This document shows, piece by piece, positions 12,461 to 25,491 of a stretch of 64,000 bases of DNA. The notes under the pieces are model-generated. The model was given only the letters and a program-made list of their open reading frames with translations, made no database searches and had not been told where the DNA came from. How positions within the stretch are numbered: the first letter of the stretch is position 1; the number at the start of each line of letters is the position of its first letter. Location of the stretch: positions 24,552,001 to 24,616,000 of the forward strand of contig NC_043002.1 in NCBI RefSeq assembly GCF_006345805.1. The letters run 5' to 3'. Position numbers and translations under genes: made by a program. Source of the DNA: Octopus sinensis. Its lineage: Eukaryota.

Positions 12461-12859
12461 CCTTTACTTGTTTCAGTCATTTGACTGCAGCCATGCTGGG
12501 GAACCACCTTGAAAGGTTTTTAGTTGAACAAATTGCCCCCAGGACTTATATTTTTTAAAGCCTGGTACTTATTCTATCAGTCTTTCTTGCCAAATTGATA
12601 AGTTACGGGGATGTAAACACACCAACACTGGTTGACAAGCAGTAGTTGGGAACAAACATGGACACAAAGACACACACCCATAGATATATATACATACATG
12701 CATGCATACAGACAGACATACATATATATGACAGACTTTTTGTTTTCCGTCTACCAGATCTGCTCAAAAGGCATTGGTTGGCCCAAGGCTATAGTAGAAG
12801 ACATTTGCCCAAAGAGCCACACAGTGGGACTGAACCTGGAACCATGTGGTTGGGAAGCA
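12461..12859 (-). mobile_element. Deu/Nin-domain-like SINE, near full length (tail A)
   Basis: Revcomp of the family consensus seen at 51954-52335. Confidence 0.85.
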
Positions 12860-14223
12860 GTGTGTACAAATATGAGAAAGTGTATCCAATACTTATAGTA
12901 GTGTTTATATCTGTTTCTGTAGTTTGTCTGTGAAGTCTAGATTTGTTTTTAACCCCAAAACACAGAAAAAAATTTCACAGAAAAAAACAGAAAAAACACA
13001 GAAAAAAATTTATAGTGTTAGACAAAAAAAAAATCAGCTTGTAATATATTGTAATAAATTAAAAATAAGAATAAAATGGATGAAGCCATGCATTTTTCTA
13101 ATAAGGATTTTAGAAGAATATTTGGCTCTTCTCTTAAAATAAAATCCCCTTCCCTCATCCTTCATGTATAGAATTAGACAAAATTTACAAAACAAAAAAG
13201 ATCTGAAAAATATCCAATGAGTTCATACTTCCTTGTTTCATTTCTCTACATTTCCTCTCTTTCTCTTTCATTTCTTTTAATCTTTGTTATGAAAAAAAAT
13301 ATATTTTTCTTCTTGTGTATTCCTGTGTTCCATTGAAGAAATATTTGCCATTCTTTCTCTCTTTATCATATCATTTTTATGGCTTTTCTCTTCTTTTGTT
13401 TCTTCTTGTTTTCTTCATTTCTTAAGATATTTTTAGATGAAAAATAATGTAAGATTTATTTTACAAAATTTAAAGAAAGAAAAAACAGGAAGAGAAAAGA
13501 TAAAATTGAATAAATTGAAAAAATTGAATGAAATACCACTTTCTTCATTTCTCTTTCTCTGTCAAAAGAAAAAAAAATAACGACCCTGTTAATGATTTTT
13601 CTGAAATATTCTCATTCCCTTTTTAAATTTCCTCTTAGGTGTGTTGGTGTGGGGTCTGTTTTTTAGGGGCTTTTATTGTCTTAAAACATTTTTCTATCCT
13701 TCTTTCATGTTTCTGTTGCCCCCTGCCACCATTTCTGTCATTCCACTTATTGATTCCCTCATTACGGTTTAAGGAGCAAGAGTACAGATTTATAAGAGGA
13801 GGGATTTAAATAGTGTGTGACATTCATGCTGTTCTCAATTGGAAGTTGAATTGGTTTAAAGTGATTTCTTTTTTTTTCTTACTGTTTTGTCTGCAGCTGA
13901 GATATTTTGCAAGATCCTATGTATTCCTAAATATTGTAACTTGTATAATAATTACACTGTACTCAAGACTGTTAATCTTATATTTTGCCTTTAACACTTG
14001 GCTTTGATCCATTCTCTTATCATATCCAGTGTTTCTATTCTTAGACATACACACCGTACACCACACAAACACAATCTCTGTCTCTCTCTCTCTTACACAC
14101 ACAACCTCTAACAAGCTCTAGATTTTAAATATAGCATACCTCTCCATCTAGCTAGTCTTATCTATCATATCTACTTATCTCATCTGTGTCGCTTATCTAT
14201 CTATCTATAGCATAAATACATAC

Positions 14224-14225
<2 letters not shown>

Positions 14226-14286
<61 letters not shown>
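14226..14286. repeat. (TA)n microsatellite
   Basis: Pure TA run. Confidence 0.98.
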
Positions 14287-14289
<3 letters not shown>

Positions 14290-14580
14290 GTTGTACATTT
14301 TTCATATATCTTTCTCCATGCTAGCATGGGTTAGCTGTATATGATATTGAGGCACTTTACTGCTGAATATCCGTCCAGACACTAACCCTTACCTACTTTT
14401 CAAGTAAGAGTCCTCTTGTTCTACACAACTTCAAAGGCACAAAGCAAGTGAGTTATTGATAGAAGTACTAGCAAGAAAACATGCAAGATTTTTATATAAG
14501 TGAGTGGCAGAAGTAATCATGCACCACACACACACACTCACACATGCATACATGTGTTTTTATATATGCATATTCTTTTA

Positions 14581-14799
14581 TTCTTTTTTCAGTCATTTGA
14601 CTATGGCCATGCTGGAGCACTGCCTTAAAGAGTGTTCATCTAATCCTAACCCTAAACCTAACCTAGGACTTATTTTTTGTAAGCCTAGTACTTATTCTAT
14701 CAGTGTCTTTTGCTGAACTGCTAAGTTACGGGGACTTAAACATACCAGCATCAGTTGTCAAGCAATGGCAGGGGGACAAACACAAACACACACACAAAC

Positions 14800-14830
<31 letters not shown>

Positions 14831-14995
14831 TGCAATGGGCTTCTTCCAGTTTCCATCTACCAAATCCTTTCACAAGGCTTTAGTCAGCCCAAAGCTATAG
14901 TAAAAGACACTTGCCCAAGGTGCCACACAGTGAGACTGAACCTGGAATCATGTAGTTAGGAAGCAAGCTTCTTACCACACAGCCACACCTGTGTC
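14581..14995 (-). mobile_element. Deu/Nin-domain-like SINE, near full length (tail A)
   Basis: Revcomp of the family consensus, with internal CA/TA microsatellite. Confidence 0.85.
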
Positions 14996-15034
14996 TATAC
15001 CTTCTTACCACATAGCCATGTCTGCACATATATA

Positions 15035-15092
<58 letters not shown>

Positions 15093-15095
15093 TTC

Positions 15096-15230
15096 TAGGG
15101 CATCCAGCTGTAGAAACATTGCCAGATTAGACTGGAGCCTGGTGCAGCCTTCTGGCTTCCCAGAACCCCGGTCGAACCGTCCAACCCATGCTAGCATGGA
15201 GAACGGACGTTAAACGATGATGATGATGAT
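15096..15230 (+). mobile_element. RTE-clade LINE 3' terminal fragment
   Basis: GGGCATCCAGCTGTAGAAAC...CCATGCTAGCATGGAGAACGGACGTTAAAC(GAT)n. Confidence 0.9.
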
Positions 15231-15502
15231 AAATGTAGGGATAAGCAAGTTAGACAGATCAATATATAAAGTTTTACTACATTAATACATGAAATAAAAA
15301 GAATGTATATATGCTTACAAACAAAAATGTCTGACTTACACAGAATACCAAGATATAGAGGATTAAAAGGGTTGATGTATTACAAATCCAACAGCTGTTT
15401 CTAGGGGCTTGGCGGTCCAAAATAATGTTTGTAGATTGATTCCATCATAAGATAAGATAATCTTCTGTCTTATATATCTATAATTTGGATTTATCCATAA
15501 CT

Positions 15503-16405
15503 CCAGCTGCTGTGATCAACTTACTGAGTTTCTTGAAGACATCACCCAGGTCACTGATGGCAGCTCATGGGTGGCTGTTGTTTACCTTGACTTTGCTAAA
15601 GCTTTTAATTCTGTGCCACACAAAAGACTTATGGCAAAACTCTCTGCAATGAGTGTGAAAGATGATCTTTTTATCTAGTTGGAGTCCTTTGTTCTCAGTC
15701 GGAAAGAGTTAGTCACGGTTCTATGACAGCATTCTTCACCTTATGAGATGTCATCTGGTGTACTGCAGGGATTTGTTCTTGGTCCCTTTTTGTTTGTTGC
15801 ATACATTAATGACATAGCTGCCAACCTTAAAGAATGCCACAGTGCTGAAATATGCAGATGATATCAAGCTGTTTCTTGAGATAAAAAGGACAGATCCTGA
15901 ACACTATAGATCTTTCCTACAATCAGACCTGGACACAATGCAACAATGGATCACAGACTGGCAACTCAGACTGGTTGTGGACAAGTGTACCACCATACAT
16001 TTTGGGAGGAAAAACCTAGCATCCACATGCTTTCTCTGCATCACTAATATCAAGAAGTCTTCTTGTGAATGTGACCTGGGCATTATTGTCAGCAACGATT
16101 TGAGGCAGTATATTGCTATGGTGTGGCCACACTTGGAATTTACATCACCAGTCTGGAACCCCTATCCTGTTCAGGACATTGACCTCCTGGAAACTGTTCA
16201 GAGATGTGCAACCAAGTGAATACCCTCCATCAGTCATCTACCATACTCTGCATGCCTTGCTTCCCTGGGCATAGATATATTGAAGCTCTGACGTCTGGTA
16301 ACTGACTTAGTAAACACCCACAAAATTATTAACCATCGCACCAACAACCACCTTGAAGCAACTTTTTGAGGTCCATGTATCTAACACACATGGGTATACT
16401 TACAA
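15503..16405 (+). pseudogene. Decayed CR1/L2-type LINE reverse transcriptase
   Basis: Frameshifted translation with YLDFAKAFNSVPHKRL, SGVLQGFVLGPFLF..YINDI, YADD (15851-15862), DLGIIVS, PHLEF.SPVWNPY, LETVQRCATK. Confidence 0.93.
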
Positions 16406-16604
16406 AACACTATGCACTGCCTGATCTGAGAATTGAACTCACACTCTTGCAATCATAGTGTTAAACCTTTATGTATAATTTTGTAGTGGAGGGACTATAG
16501 CTGATTCTCTTGCTTACAATATATTACTGGTATATATTTTATGAACCCAAAGATAAGTTTAGGAGTTGAACCTCTCCCACTGGCAGAATTTGAACTCCAA
16601 ATTT

Positions 16605-16705
16605 AGTGGAGACTATACCATACATAGGGGTATATGGGGGTTATACCACACTTGGAGGTATATGGGGGCTATACTATACTTGGGAGTATATGGGGACTAT
16701 ATCAA
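16605..16705. repeat. ~28-nt minisatellite, 3-4 degenerate units
   Basis: TATATGGGGG(T/C)TATAC(C/T)A(C/T)ACTTGG units. Confidence 0.7.
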
Positions 16706-16738
16706 GTACTTTCATGAGTTGAAATCAATGGTCTATTT

Positions 16739-16985
16739 CAATGGTTCTCAACTATTTTACACCCAAGAACCTCTTCTGTTCCAATTTTACTCATGTGGAG
16801 CCATTCAATGTTTAAAAAAATTCCTTTCAAATTTTTATAGTTAGATATTATTAATATTGTATAAAAATCTGTTAAAATATTTTGTGCATTGTCAAGGTAT
16901 AACCAATTTATTGCACATAAATTTTGAGAACAAAATTTTATATAGACCTCTAAGGGTCATATGGACTCTGATTTGAGAACTACTG
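16739..16985. mobile_element. hAT MITE (same family as 3429-3666)
   Basis: TIRs CAATGGTTCTCAAC / TTTGAGAACTACTG; 8-bp TSD GTCTATTT / CTCTATTT; shared internal GTATAACCAATTTATT. Confidence 0.8.
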
Positions 16986-17031
16986 CTCTATTTATTACAC
17001 CAGTCTCATCTGTCTTCAGTATTGGCAGAAA

Positions 17032-17073
<42 letters not shown>

Positions 17074-17199
17074 AATGTGATAGTGAAACTATCATATCCT
17101 CCTCTTTAGTAACATTTATCACCATGAAATCATATGAAATGGCTGCAGAGATCAAGAGTTAAAGTTCTTTCACTTCACTCCTTTCATTTGTTAGTTCTT

Positions 17200-18010
17200 T
17201 TGTTGTTTGTTTGTTTCTTTCTTTTCTCTTTACTTTTATTTTTATTTTTGTTCTTTCTTACATTTTCTTCTTCCATCGTCCCTTCTCTCCATGTTTTCCT
17301 TTCATTCACTTATTTCCTTCTAATTTTTCTTTCCTATTTCTCTTTTATTTTCCTATTCACTTTTCTTCCTTTCATTACTTTCATTTTCCCCAAAATTCTT
17401 GTGTTTCTTCTTTTGCAACTTTGTCTTTAACCTCTTTCTTTCTGTCTTCCTTCAACTTTTTTATTTATTCAATTTATATTTCCTTTCTTTCTTTAGTTCT
17501 TTATTTCTTCCTTCCTTCTTCCTTTGCCTTTCTTTGCATTGTGCCCCCAACCCTCCTTTTTACTTTCTGTTTTTAGTCTTCACAGTTCACCTATTCATTC
17601 ATTATTCATATAAACTTTCTCTCCTCCATGTCCCCATCACCACCACTGTCACCATCTTTATACCTTTAATCCCTGTTTTTTTTAGATTCTCTCTTGCCTC
17701 TTTTCATTGCTGCATGTTTGTGCGCACACACACACACACACACACACACTATGCCAGACATTACATGCAACACTACAAATCATACACATGTAACAAACAT
17801 GAACACACACACAGACACAGACACGTCACACACAAAAACATGCACACATCACAAATACGCACACACATCACAAACATGCACATATACACACGCTATACAA
17901 CATCATACACACACACTACACACATACACACACATACATTACACCCTAAGTATCACACAAGCATGCATACACCTATACACACATACACATCCAAAATAAA
18001 CCAGCCCTAC
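17200..18010. repeat. Polypyrimidine tract followed by a degenerate (CA)n field
   Basis: Directly visible low complexity. Confidence 0.9.
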
Positions 18011-18730
18011 ATCACCTCCACAACCCCTAAACCTGTTCCCAGTTTCCACCCTCCTTCTTTTGCTTCTTACTTCAAGTCTTCCCCATTCACTTTCAACCTT
18101 TCACCATTTTTTTTTTGTCACCCATGATTTATATTCATTTTATCTCCATCCTACTGTGCATGTGTTGTGTTTATGTGTGTGTGTGTGTGTGTGTGCATTA
18201 ATTTTGATAAAGGTGTTAGTATTGATGATGGATGTTATTGCTGCTAGTGCAGGTAAGCAATGTGTGTTTACAGAAGACTATGACATATACTTCAGCAACT
18301 CTTGAAATCAGTAGGGGATCCCCGAGCTGAATCAGGCACATTGGCAATTTACTGTTGCTACAGAGGGTAGTTAGGTGGAATGATGCAGGGTGCCGTAGGA
18401 TGCCACAGGTACATATAAACCAAGATTGAACCAAACCAACAAGAAAACCCTGTATGTAATGCAATTACTTATCCTGCTAGAAATTGTTGCCAGCACATAC
18501 ACACATACACAAATACACACACACACACGATTGTTTGGGGGAACAGTGAATCTTGAATCACATAATGATATCAATAACAGCATGTAAAACTCTTTGGGAG
18601 TGAAAAAGTGAAAGATGTGGATTCATGTCCCATGAACAACCTTCGATTTTTTTGTATCCATATAGGTTTTCCAACCCAATATTCACATGCCATTATGTGT
18701 GTGTTTGTGTGTGTGTGTATATATATATAT

Positions 18731-19494
18731 CTGGGACGAAGTGGTGAAGCATGACCTTCACACTTTAGGCCTCGCCAAGGAAATGACTAGTGACCAAGAC
18801 TATTGGAAATATGCTGTGCTTGAGAAGACCCAGCAAGCCAAATGAAACCATAACTTCGTGGCCTATGCCAGGGGCATAACCAGTCCACTTATGCGTACCT
18901 TTTCCTTCTTTGGACACTAAACTCTGCTTGCAAAGACCTGTTGAAGCAAGTGAAATCAAAATCAAATTCGATGACTGGCATCTGTGCTAGTGGGGTGCAA
19001 AGAGCACCATACGAGTGTGATCGTTGACAGAGTGGCTAACCGGCTTCCGTGCCAGTGGCACATAAAAGACACCATTCGAGTGTGATCGTTACCAGTGTCG
19101 CCTTACTGGCACTTGAGCCCTGTGCTAGTAGGGTGCTAGTAGGGTGATCGTTGCTAGAGCGGCTAACTGGTCTCCATGCTGGTGGAACGTAAAAGGCACC
19201 ATTCAAGCGTGATCATTACCAGCATCGCCTTACTGGCCCCTGTGCTGGTGGCATGTGTAAAAAGATTTGAGCAAGGTCATTGCCAGTATCGCCTGACTGG
19301 CCCCCGTGCCGGTGGCACGTGAAAGCACCCACTACGCTCTCAGAGTTGTTGGCATTAGGAAGGGCATCCAGCTGTAGAAACTCTGCCAGATCAAGATTGA
19401 AGCCTGGTGCAGCCATCTGGTTTGCCAGCCCTCAGTCAAATCGTCCATACCATGCTAGCATGGAAAGTGGACGTTAAACGATGATGATGATGAT
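18731..19494 (+). mobile_element. RTE-clade LINE 3' end with long repeat-containing 3' UTR
   Basis: Begins in the ORF end WDEVVKHDLHTLGLAKEMTSDQDYWKYAVLEKTQQAK*, then a UTR with repeated GTGCCRGTGGCAC units and a (GAT)n tail. Confidence 0.92.
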
Positions 19495-19517
19495 ATATAT
19501 ATATATATATATATATT

Positions 19518-19805
19518 GGACACGCAATGGCTCTATGGTTAGGGCAGTGGACTCGCATTCGTAGGATCACGGTTTCGATTCCCAGACCGGGCATTATGAG
19601 TGTTTATTGAGTGAAAACACCTAAAGCTCCACGAGGCTCCAACAAGGGGTAGTGGTGATCTCTGCTGTACTTTTTCGCCACAACTTTCTCTCTTTCTTCT
19701 GTTGGCCTGCTTACTTAGCCAGCAGGGTGGCGTCATTTGAAGGCTAAAACAATGCGAAGCATATTGTGACCAGCGATGTGGAGCAACATCTGATAACCTG
19801 GTTGG
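19518..19805 (+). mobile_element. tRNA SINE, third family, tail type 1
   Basis: A-box-like TGGCTCTATGGTTAG, B-box GGTTTCGATTCCC, body GTGTTTATTGAGTGAAAACACCTAAAGCTCCACGAGGCTCC. Confidence 0.85.
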
Positions 19806-20265
19806 AAAAAAATATATATATATTTTCAGATCTACCCTGATTACTCCAACACACCCTCATATAATGTAAGGTAGCCATATATCTTCATTATAGCTAGAAA
19901 TCTGTTTACTGTTCCTTCTTTCATAGTTAACTCCTCAATACCTGTCATAAAATTGCTTCCCTCTCTTCTCTGCTCCCACTCATTTGAGAGAGCTCTTTGG
20001 TCTTGATTTATATGCCAACCTCTGTAGGGCCACACACACACACACACAAAAAGGAAAGCATCCAGTACACTGTGTATAGTAGTTGGTTTTAGGAAGGGCA
20101 TCTAACCATAGGCACCATGCCAAAGCAGACACTGGAATTGAGTGCAGTCCTTCCGGTTTGTTAGATCCTGTTGAGCCATCCAACATATGACAACATGGAA
20201 GATAGACATTAAATGTTGATGATGATTGTACATAATATGTGTGTGTGTTTCCATGTGTATGTATA

Positions 20266-20634
20266 TGGCCCAGTGGTTAGGGTAGCGGACTTGCAGTTGT
20301 AGGATCGTGGTTTCGATTCCCAGACCCGGTGTTGTGAGTCTATATTGAGCGAAAACTCCTAAAGCTCCACGAGGCTCCGGCAAGGGATGGTGGCGAATCC
20401 TGCTGTACTCTTTCACCACAACTTTCTCTCACTCTTTCTTCCTGCTTCTGTTGTACCTGTATTTCAAAGGGCCAGTCTTGTCACACTCTGTGTCACGCTG
20501 AATCTCCCCGAGAACTAAGTTAAGGGTACTCGTGTCTGTGGAGTGCTCAGCCACTTGCACATTAATTTCACGAGCAAGCTGTTCCATTGATCGGATCAAC
20601 TGGAACCCTTGTCATTGTAACCGATGGAGTGCTA
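20266..20634 (+). mobile_element. tRNA SINE, third family, tail type 2
   Basis: Same head and body as 19518, then TTCTGTTGTACCTGTATTTCAAAGGGCCAG...GGAGTGC. Confidence 0.88.
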
Positions 20635-20659
20635 CCTTTGTATATGTAAACATTTTTTT

Positions 20660-20972
20660 TAATTGGCACCCTGTCAGTTATGACTATGAGAATTCCAGTT
20701 AATCTGATCAATGGAACAGCCTGCCTGTGAAATTAATGTGTAAGTGGCTTGAACACTTCACAGACAAGTGTACCCTTAATGTAGTTCTCAGGGAGATTCA
20801 GTGTGATACAGAATGTGATGAGGTTGGCCCTTTGAAATACAGATTCAACTCATTCTTGCCATGGACTAGACTGGAGCAATATGAAATAAAGTGTCTTGCA
20901 CAAGGACACCACATGCCACCAGGAATCAAACACACGACCTTACGACTGTGAGCTGAATAGCTTAACCACTAA
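20660..20972 (-). mobile_element. tRNA SINE, third family, tail type 2 (inverted neighbour)
   Basis: Revcomp of the 20266-20634 tail and head. Confidence 0.75.
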
Positions 20973-21276
20973 GTCATGCACCGTGTGTGTGTATGTATGT
21001 GTGTGTGCACGCGTGTGTGTGTGTGTGTGTGTGTGTGTGCATGCGTGCACATGTGTGTTTTATTCAACTATAAAGTTACATAACTGATTCAAAGGTTGAG
21101 ATGATTGTGCATTGCATTAATTAACTTTAAAAAAGTGTTAAGTTTGATTAAATTAAACTGTGGATGATGTTTTTTTTTCCTACTAAACTGACATAAAGAA
21201 AATAATACATGTTTGTGTATGTCTTGGTTACTTTCTGTTTGACAGTGGTTGTTTCTGCTGTCATAAATAGATTTTT

Positions 21277-21319
<43 letters not shown>

Positions 21320-23001
21320 GTGTGTGTGTGTGTGTGTGAGGTGGGATGCATCTGTGTGTGTAACATTCATCCCATGCACAACTCAGCATAAACCAGAACT
21401 GTAGACTGTTTAAATATTATAAAGCCTCACTGTAACCCACAGTAAGGCTCTGTAATATATATGTGTCTGTCTATCTTTCTTCATGCGCATGCACACACAC
21501 GCACATGCACACACACACACATTATGTGTACATAGTTAAATAAGATTTAGATAAAACCCTTGTAGAATGTTATGCAAAGCTTGTTAACAGTTATTGGCTA
21601 CCTGATGTTATCTTACAGTGGAAATGCTCCTGCTACTGGATATACATCACAAATTTCATAGTATCTGTAGAGTTTATATAAATAGATAAATAATAGAAAA
21701 TGGAATGAATGACATTCTATATTTAGAATCACTACAATTGTTTTAACATGTTTTTATACGCGTAGTACATTGGTGAGATGTTGTGTAATCATTATCATCC
21801 ATCCAGGATGTAAAATGCACCTCCTCAGATGATTGTTTAAATAAGTCCTTCATTAGATCTTACCATCATGTCATTCAGTGTCAGAATATACATATATATG
21901 TTCTAAATTGTACCTTTACGAATCTGTAAATATACAGTCTTGAATAATAATTCTTCTATGGTAATTAACTATTTTGGGTGCTTTTTTTTGTGTGTATGTG
22001 TGTGTGTGGATGGACGGGGGTGAGACTTATATAAACTAGGAAAAACCCTGTCTACAGGGCAGTTTTTTCCTTAGTTTTTTCCTTACACACACACACACAA
22101 ACATATTTATCTTTTTGCATTTATGTAAGACTATGAGTCCTGTCCTTTCATAATTTAAAAAGGTACAGTGTGGCTGCTGTTTGTTGAAGATTGAACAATT
22201 ACACTGAACTTGTCTCTAATTGATGTAAAGTAAAGTTGGTTGATGCTATTGTCAAACCCCAGATCAGCCCTTATCAAACTGATATCTGATGGAAGGTGTT
22301 CTGTTCATATCCTATCTTTCTATATATCAGGGTGTGATGGATTCCCCTATCAAAGATGATGTATCAACATTCCGCTATTGCTGAACAATCTGCACCAATG
22401 ATTTGTTTATAGTGCCACTCATTAGCTCACTCTTTCCAACAAATCAATGTTGTATAAACGTGTGCACTGTGTAGCATGTGTCGGGTGTAGGAGTAACCAG
22501 AGAGCAACGTGAGAGGAAGTGTTTTGCTCAAGAAAATACCGCATCACCTGATCCAGGCATTGAAATCACGATCTCGTGATATGAGGGATGTTTGGCTATT
22601 ATTTCAAATGGGTTGAGTAGTTTTGTAGAACTTCTCTTGCAGAACACTGAGACCAGCCAACATACATAGAACATAGTTTTTGGCAGCTTTTATTATCAGG
22701 TAGACTAGCTGATACTCATATATTCTTGATTACCTACAAACAAATCTCCCCTATCTCTCTCACTCTCCCTCCCTATCTCCCTCTTCCTTTTTTCTCTGTC
22801 ACCCCCTGTATTTCATTCCTAATTGGTGTAACAAGTGGTGTGAGGTCTAAGTCATTTAAGGACAGTATGTTAGGTGGTGACATGAAGGGCTGGTAGTATT
22901 TCTAAAGCATATATATAGATATACTTACATAAGCTCTTTTGTAATAATGATATAATGTACAAAATGTTTGTATGTCTGTATGATTTAGTATACTGTGTTT
23001 T

Positions 23002-23045
<44 letters not shown>

Positions 23046-23196
23046 ACATCTCCCATTTCCTTCTCTGCCTCATACCTCTATTTTATGTGAACTGTGTTAC
23101 ATCAGCTGCCTCTGGTGTTTGACTGTGTTGGTTCCTCCTGGGCTTTCAAAGGGGACCATTTCCTTAAGTTTCAGTCTTACTTTCTTACTTGACTCC

Positions 23197-23217
23197 CCCT
23201 CCTCCTCCTCCTCCTCC

Positions 23218-23254
<37 letters not shown>

Positions 23255-23310
23255 CATCATCATCATCCTCCTCCTCATCATCATCATCCTCCTCCTCATC
23301 ATCATCACCC
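23197..23310. repeat. (TCC)n/(TCA)n microsatellite
   Basis: Directly visible. Confidence 0.97.
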
Positions 23311-23929
23311 TCTCCCCTTCCTCCACTACTAATGATATTATTCATGGTGTTAACAGAAGTACAATTAAATGTAGTGTTAGTATCATAAGGTTTCTTTTAT
23401 TCCATTTCCTCTTTCGTCGTTCTGCTTATTAATCCATTTAAGGGGACAACAAGAAGCTATTGTGAGGGGCATACCCTGGATTTCTAAATTCCTTTATTTC
23501 CGATAAATTTCTGCCTTTGACTGAAGATGTTCTTTTTCTTTGAAAGCTTAGAAAAGTCTTTTTGTGTATGTGCATGTGTGTATGTGTATACATGTGTGTG
23601 CATTTGGTGGAACTAATGGCAGTATTCATTCAGATTAAAAAGCATTTCTATTTAAATCACTTTTAAAATTTATACTTTGCACAGTAAAATTACTTTCTTC
23701 CAACTCACAGAACTTTTCATACAGTATGTCTGCTAACTATTTTGTAGGCTGTACAGGATGCTGGTTAGTTCACTCGACAGTGCTACATTTACCCCTCATG
23801 TAACAATCTAGCAAATGAGCCTGTTTAAGGACTTTCAACCTGGTAAAAATTGCTTCTAAATTCTCTCAAACCAAACCTTAGACTCCAGCAGTGGAAGGAT
23901 ACATATTGTGAGATATATTATTTGGTGAC

Positions 23930-24128
23930 CTCACTGATGCTTGTGCCATGTAAAAAGCACCCAGTACTCTGTATAGTGACTGGCATTAACCATAAGAAAG
24001 GCATCCAGCCATAAAAACTATGCCAAAGCTGACAGAAGCGCTTGGTGCAATCTTCTGACTAGCCAGTTTCTGTCGAACTGTCCAACCCATCCTAGCATGG
24101 AGAACAGACATTAAATGATGATCATGAT
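23930..24128 (+). mobile_element. RTE-clade LINE 3' fragment, decayed
   Basis: TAAAAAGCACCCAGTAC...GGCATCCAGCC...CCATCCTAGCATGG...TAAATGATGAT. Confidence 0.75.
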
Positions 24129-24822
24129 GCATATATACATATACATACATATATATGTATGTGTGTGTATATATATATACACACACATATATATACACAT
24201 ACATACACATGTGTGCATATAACTATGTGTCTGCTTACAGATATTTCCATGTCTATACTTTTATATTCATACTTAAATATGTAAAGACATTCTTCCATTT
24301 TTTTTTTCATTGACAAAATATGTACTGAGGGTGTTTATTTGTACATAAATGTTAGTTTCTTGATTTAATAAACATACATTTAGCCCCACTGTACAAGTAG
24401 GTCCTATGATTAAATATATATTTAGTAACTTATCTACAAACATCTGTCTTTGTAATTTAATATACACACACCATAAATAAATACATGAATATGTAAATGA
24501 GCAAAAACAGCACCTAATTTTCATTGCATTTTTTGCAAGTACCTTACCTACACTCTTTCTAGCTTACCTACACTCATTCTCTCTCTCTCTTTATAGATTG
24601 GACAAACTTAAATATCTCCTGATGAGCCTGTTTGTAGAGGCAAAACTAATATCATTTTTTACTCTGTTGTAGAGAGTCATTTGTGTATTGGATAGATTGT
24701 TTTGGAGTAATTATTTAAACCCTTTGTGTTTTTGAGTTCAAATCCTGTTGAGGCTAACTTTGTCTTTCATCCTTTCATGATCACTAAATATAGTTCTTCT
24801 GTTTTTTTGTCTGTCTTCCCAC

Positions 24823-24875
<53 letters not shown>

Positions 24876-25491
24876 GTTTGCTCTCTTTCATCTGCTGGTA
24901 ACATTGTCTGTGGTCAGATCTAAAGAGAGATGGGCTTTACCAGGTCTAAAAGTGCCCAAGCTATATATTACAACAGCACCCCTGTTACTCCATCAAGGAA
25001 TTAATAGCTTATGACATGATATGGCAACCAGAGCATTGTAGTTCTAACTCCAGGGTCTGTTTGAACAGTGAGGTTAAATGTAGATTTATTAAGATCAGTG
25101 GTGTATGTTGGTTGGTAGATTGGGTGTGGCAGCACACCCAATGCCACCAAATTTCATGCAGGGTATAACAAAAGTTTTCCATTTAGATTTGTGAGTAAAT
25201 TAATGAGTAAAGTTGATATTCATAAGTTTGCCATTTACGATGGGTGTGCAGTGCTTACCTAGCACACCCGGAATAAGTAATCTTGATTAAGATTGGGTTA
25301 CAATGGTTCTAACAGACTGAATGACTACTTAAAAGTTCCATCATTGGTGAGTTTTTAATACTGATGCTAGATTTGACTTTTTTTTTACAGTTGTCATAGT
25401 TTTTATTAATGAGCAGCACTTGTATGTGTGTATGTGTGTGTGTGTGTTTGTGTATGTGTGTGTGTGTAGGTATGTGTGTGTGTATGTGTAT

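Noticed and set aside
14640-14670. CTAACCCTAA telomere-like words
   Set aside because: Only one or two units, inside a SINE; not an interstitial telomeric array.
18230-18420. Splice-like signals (CAG/GTAAG, TTTACAG) suggesting an exon
   Set aside because: All three plus-strand frames close within the putative exon, and there is no recognisable product.
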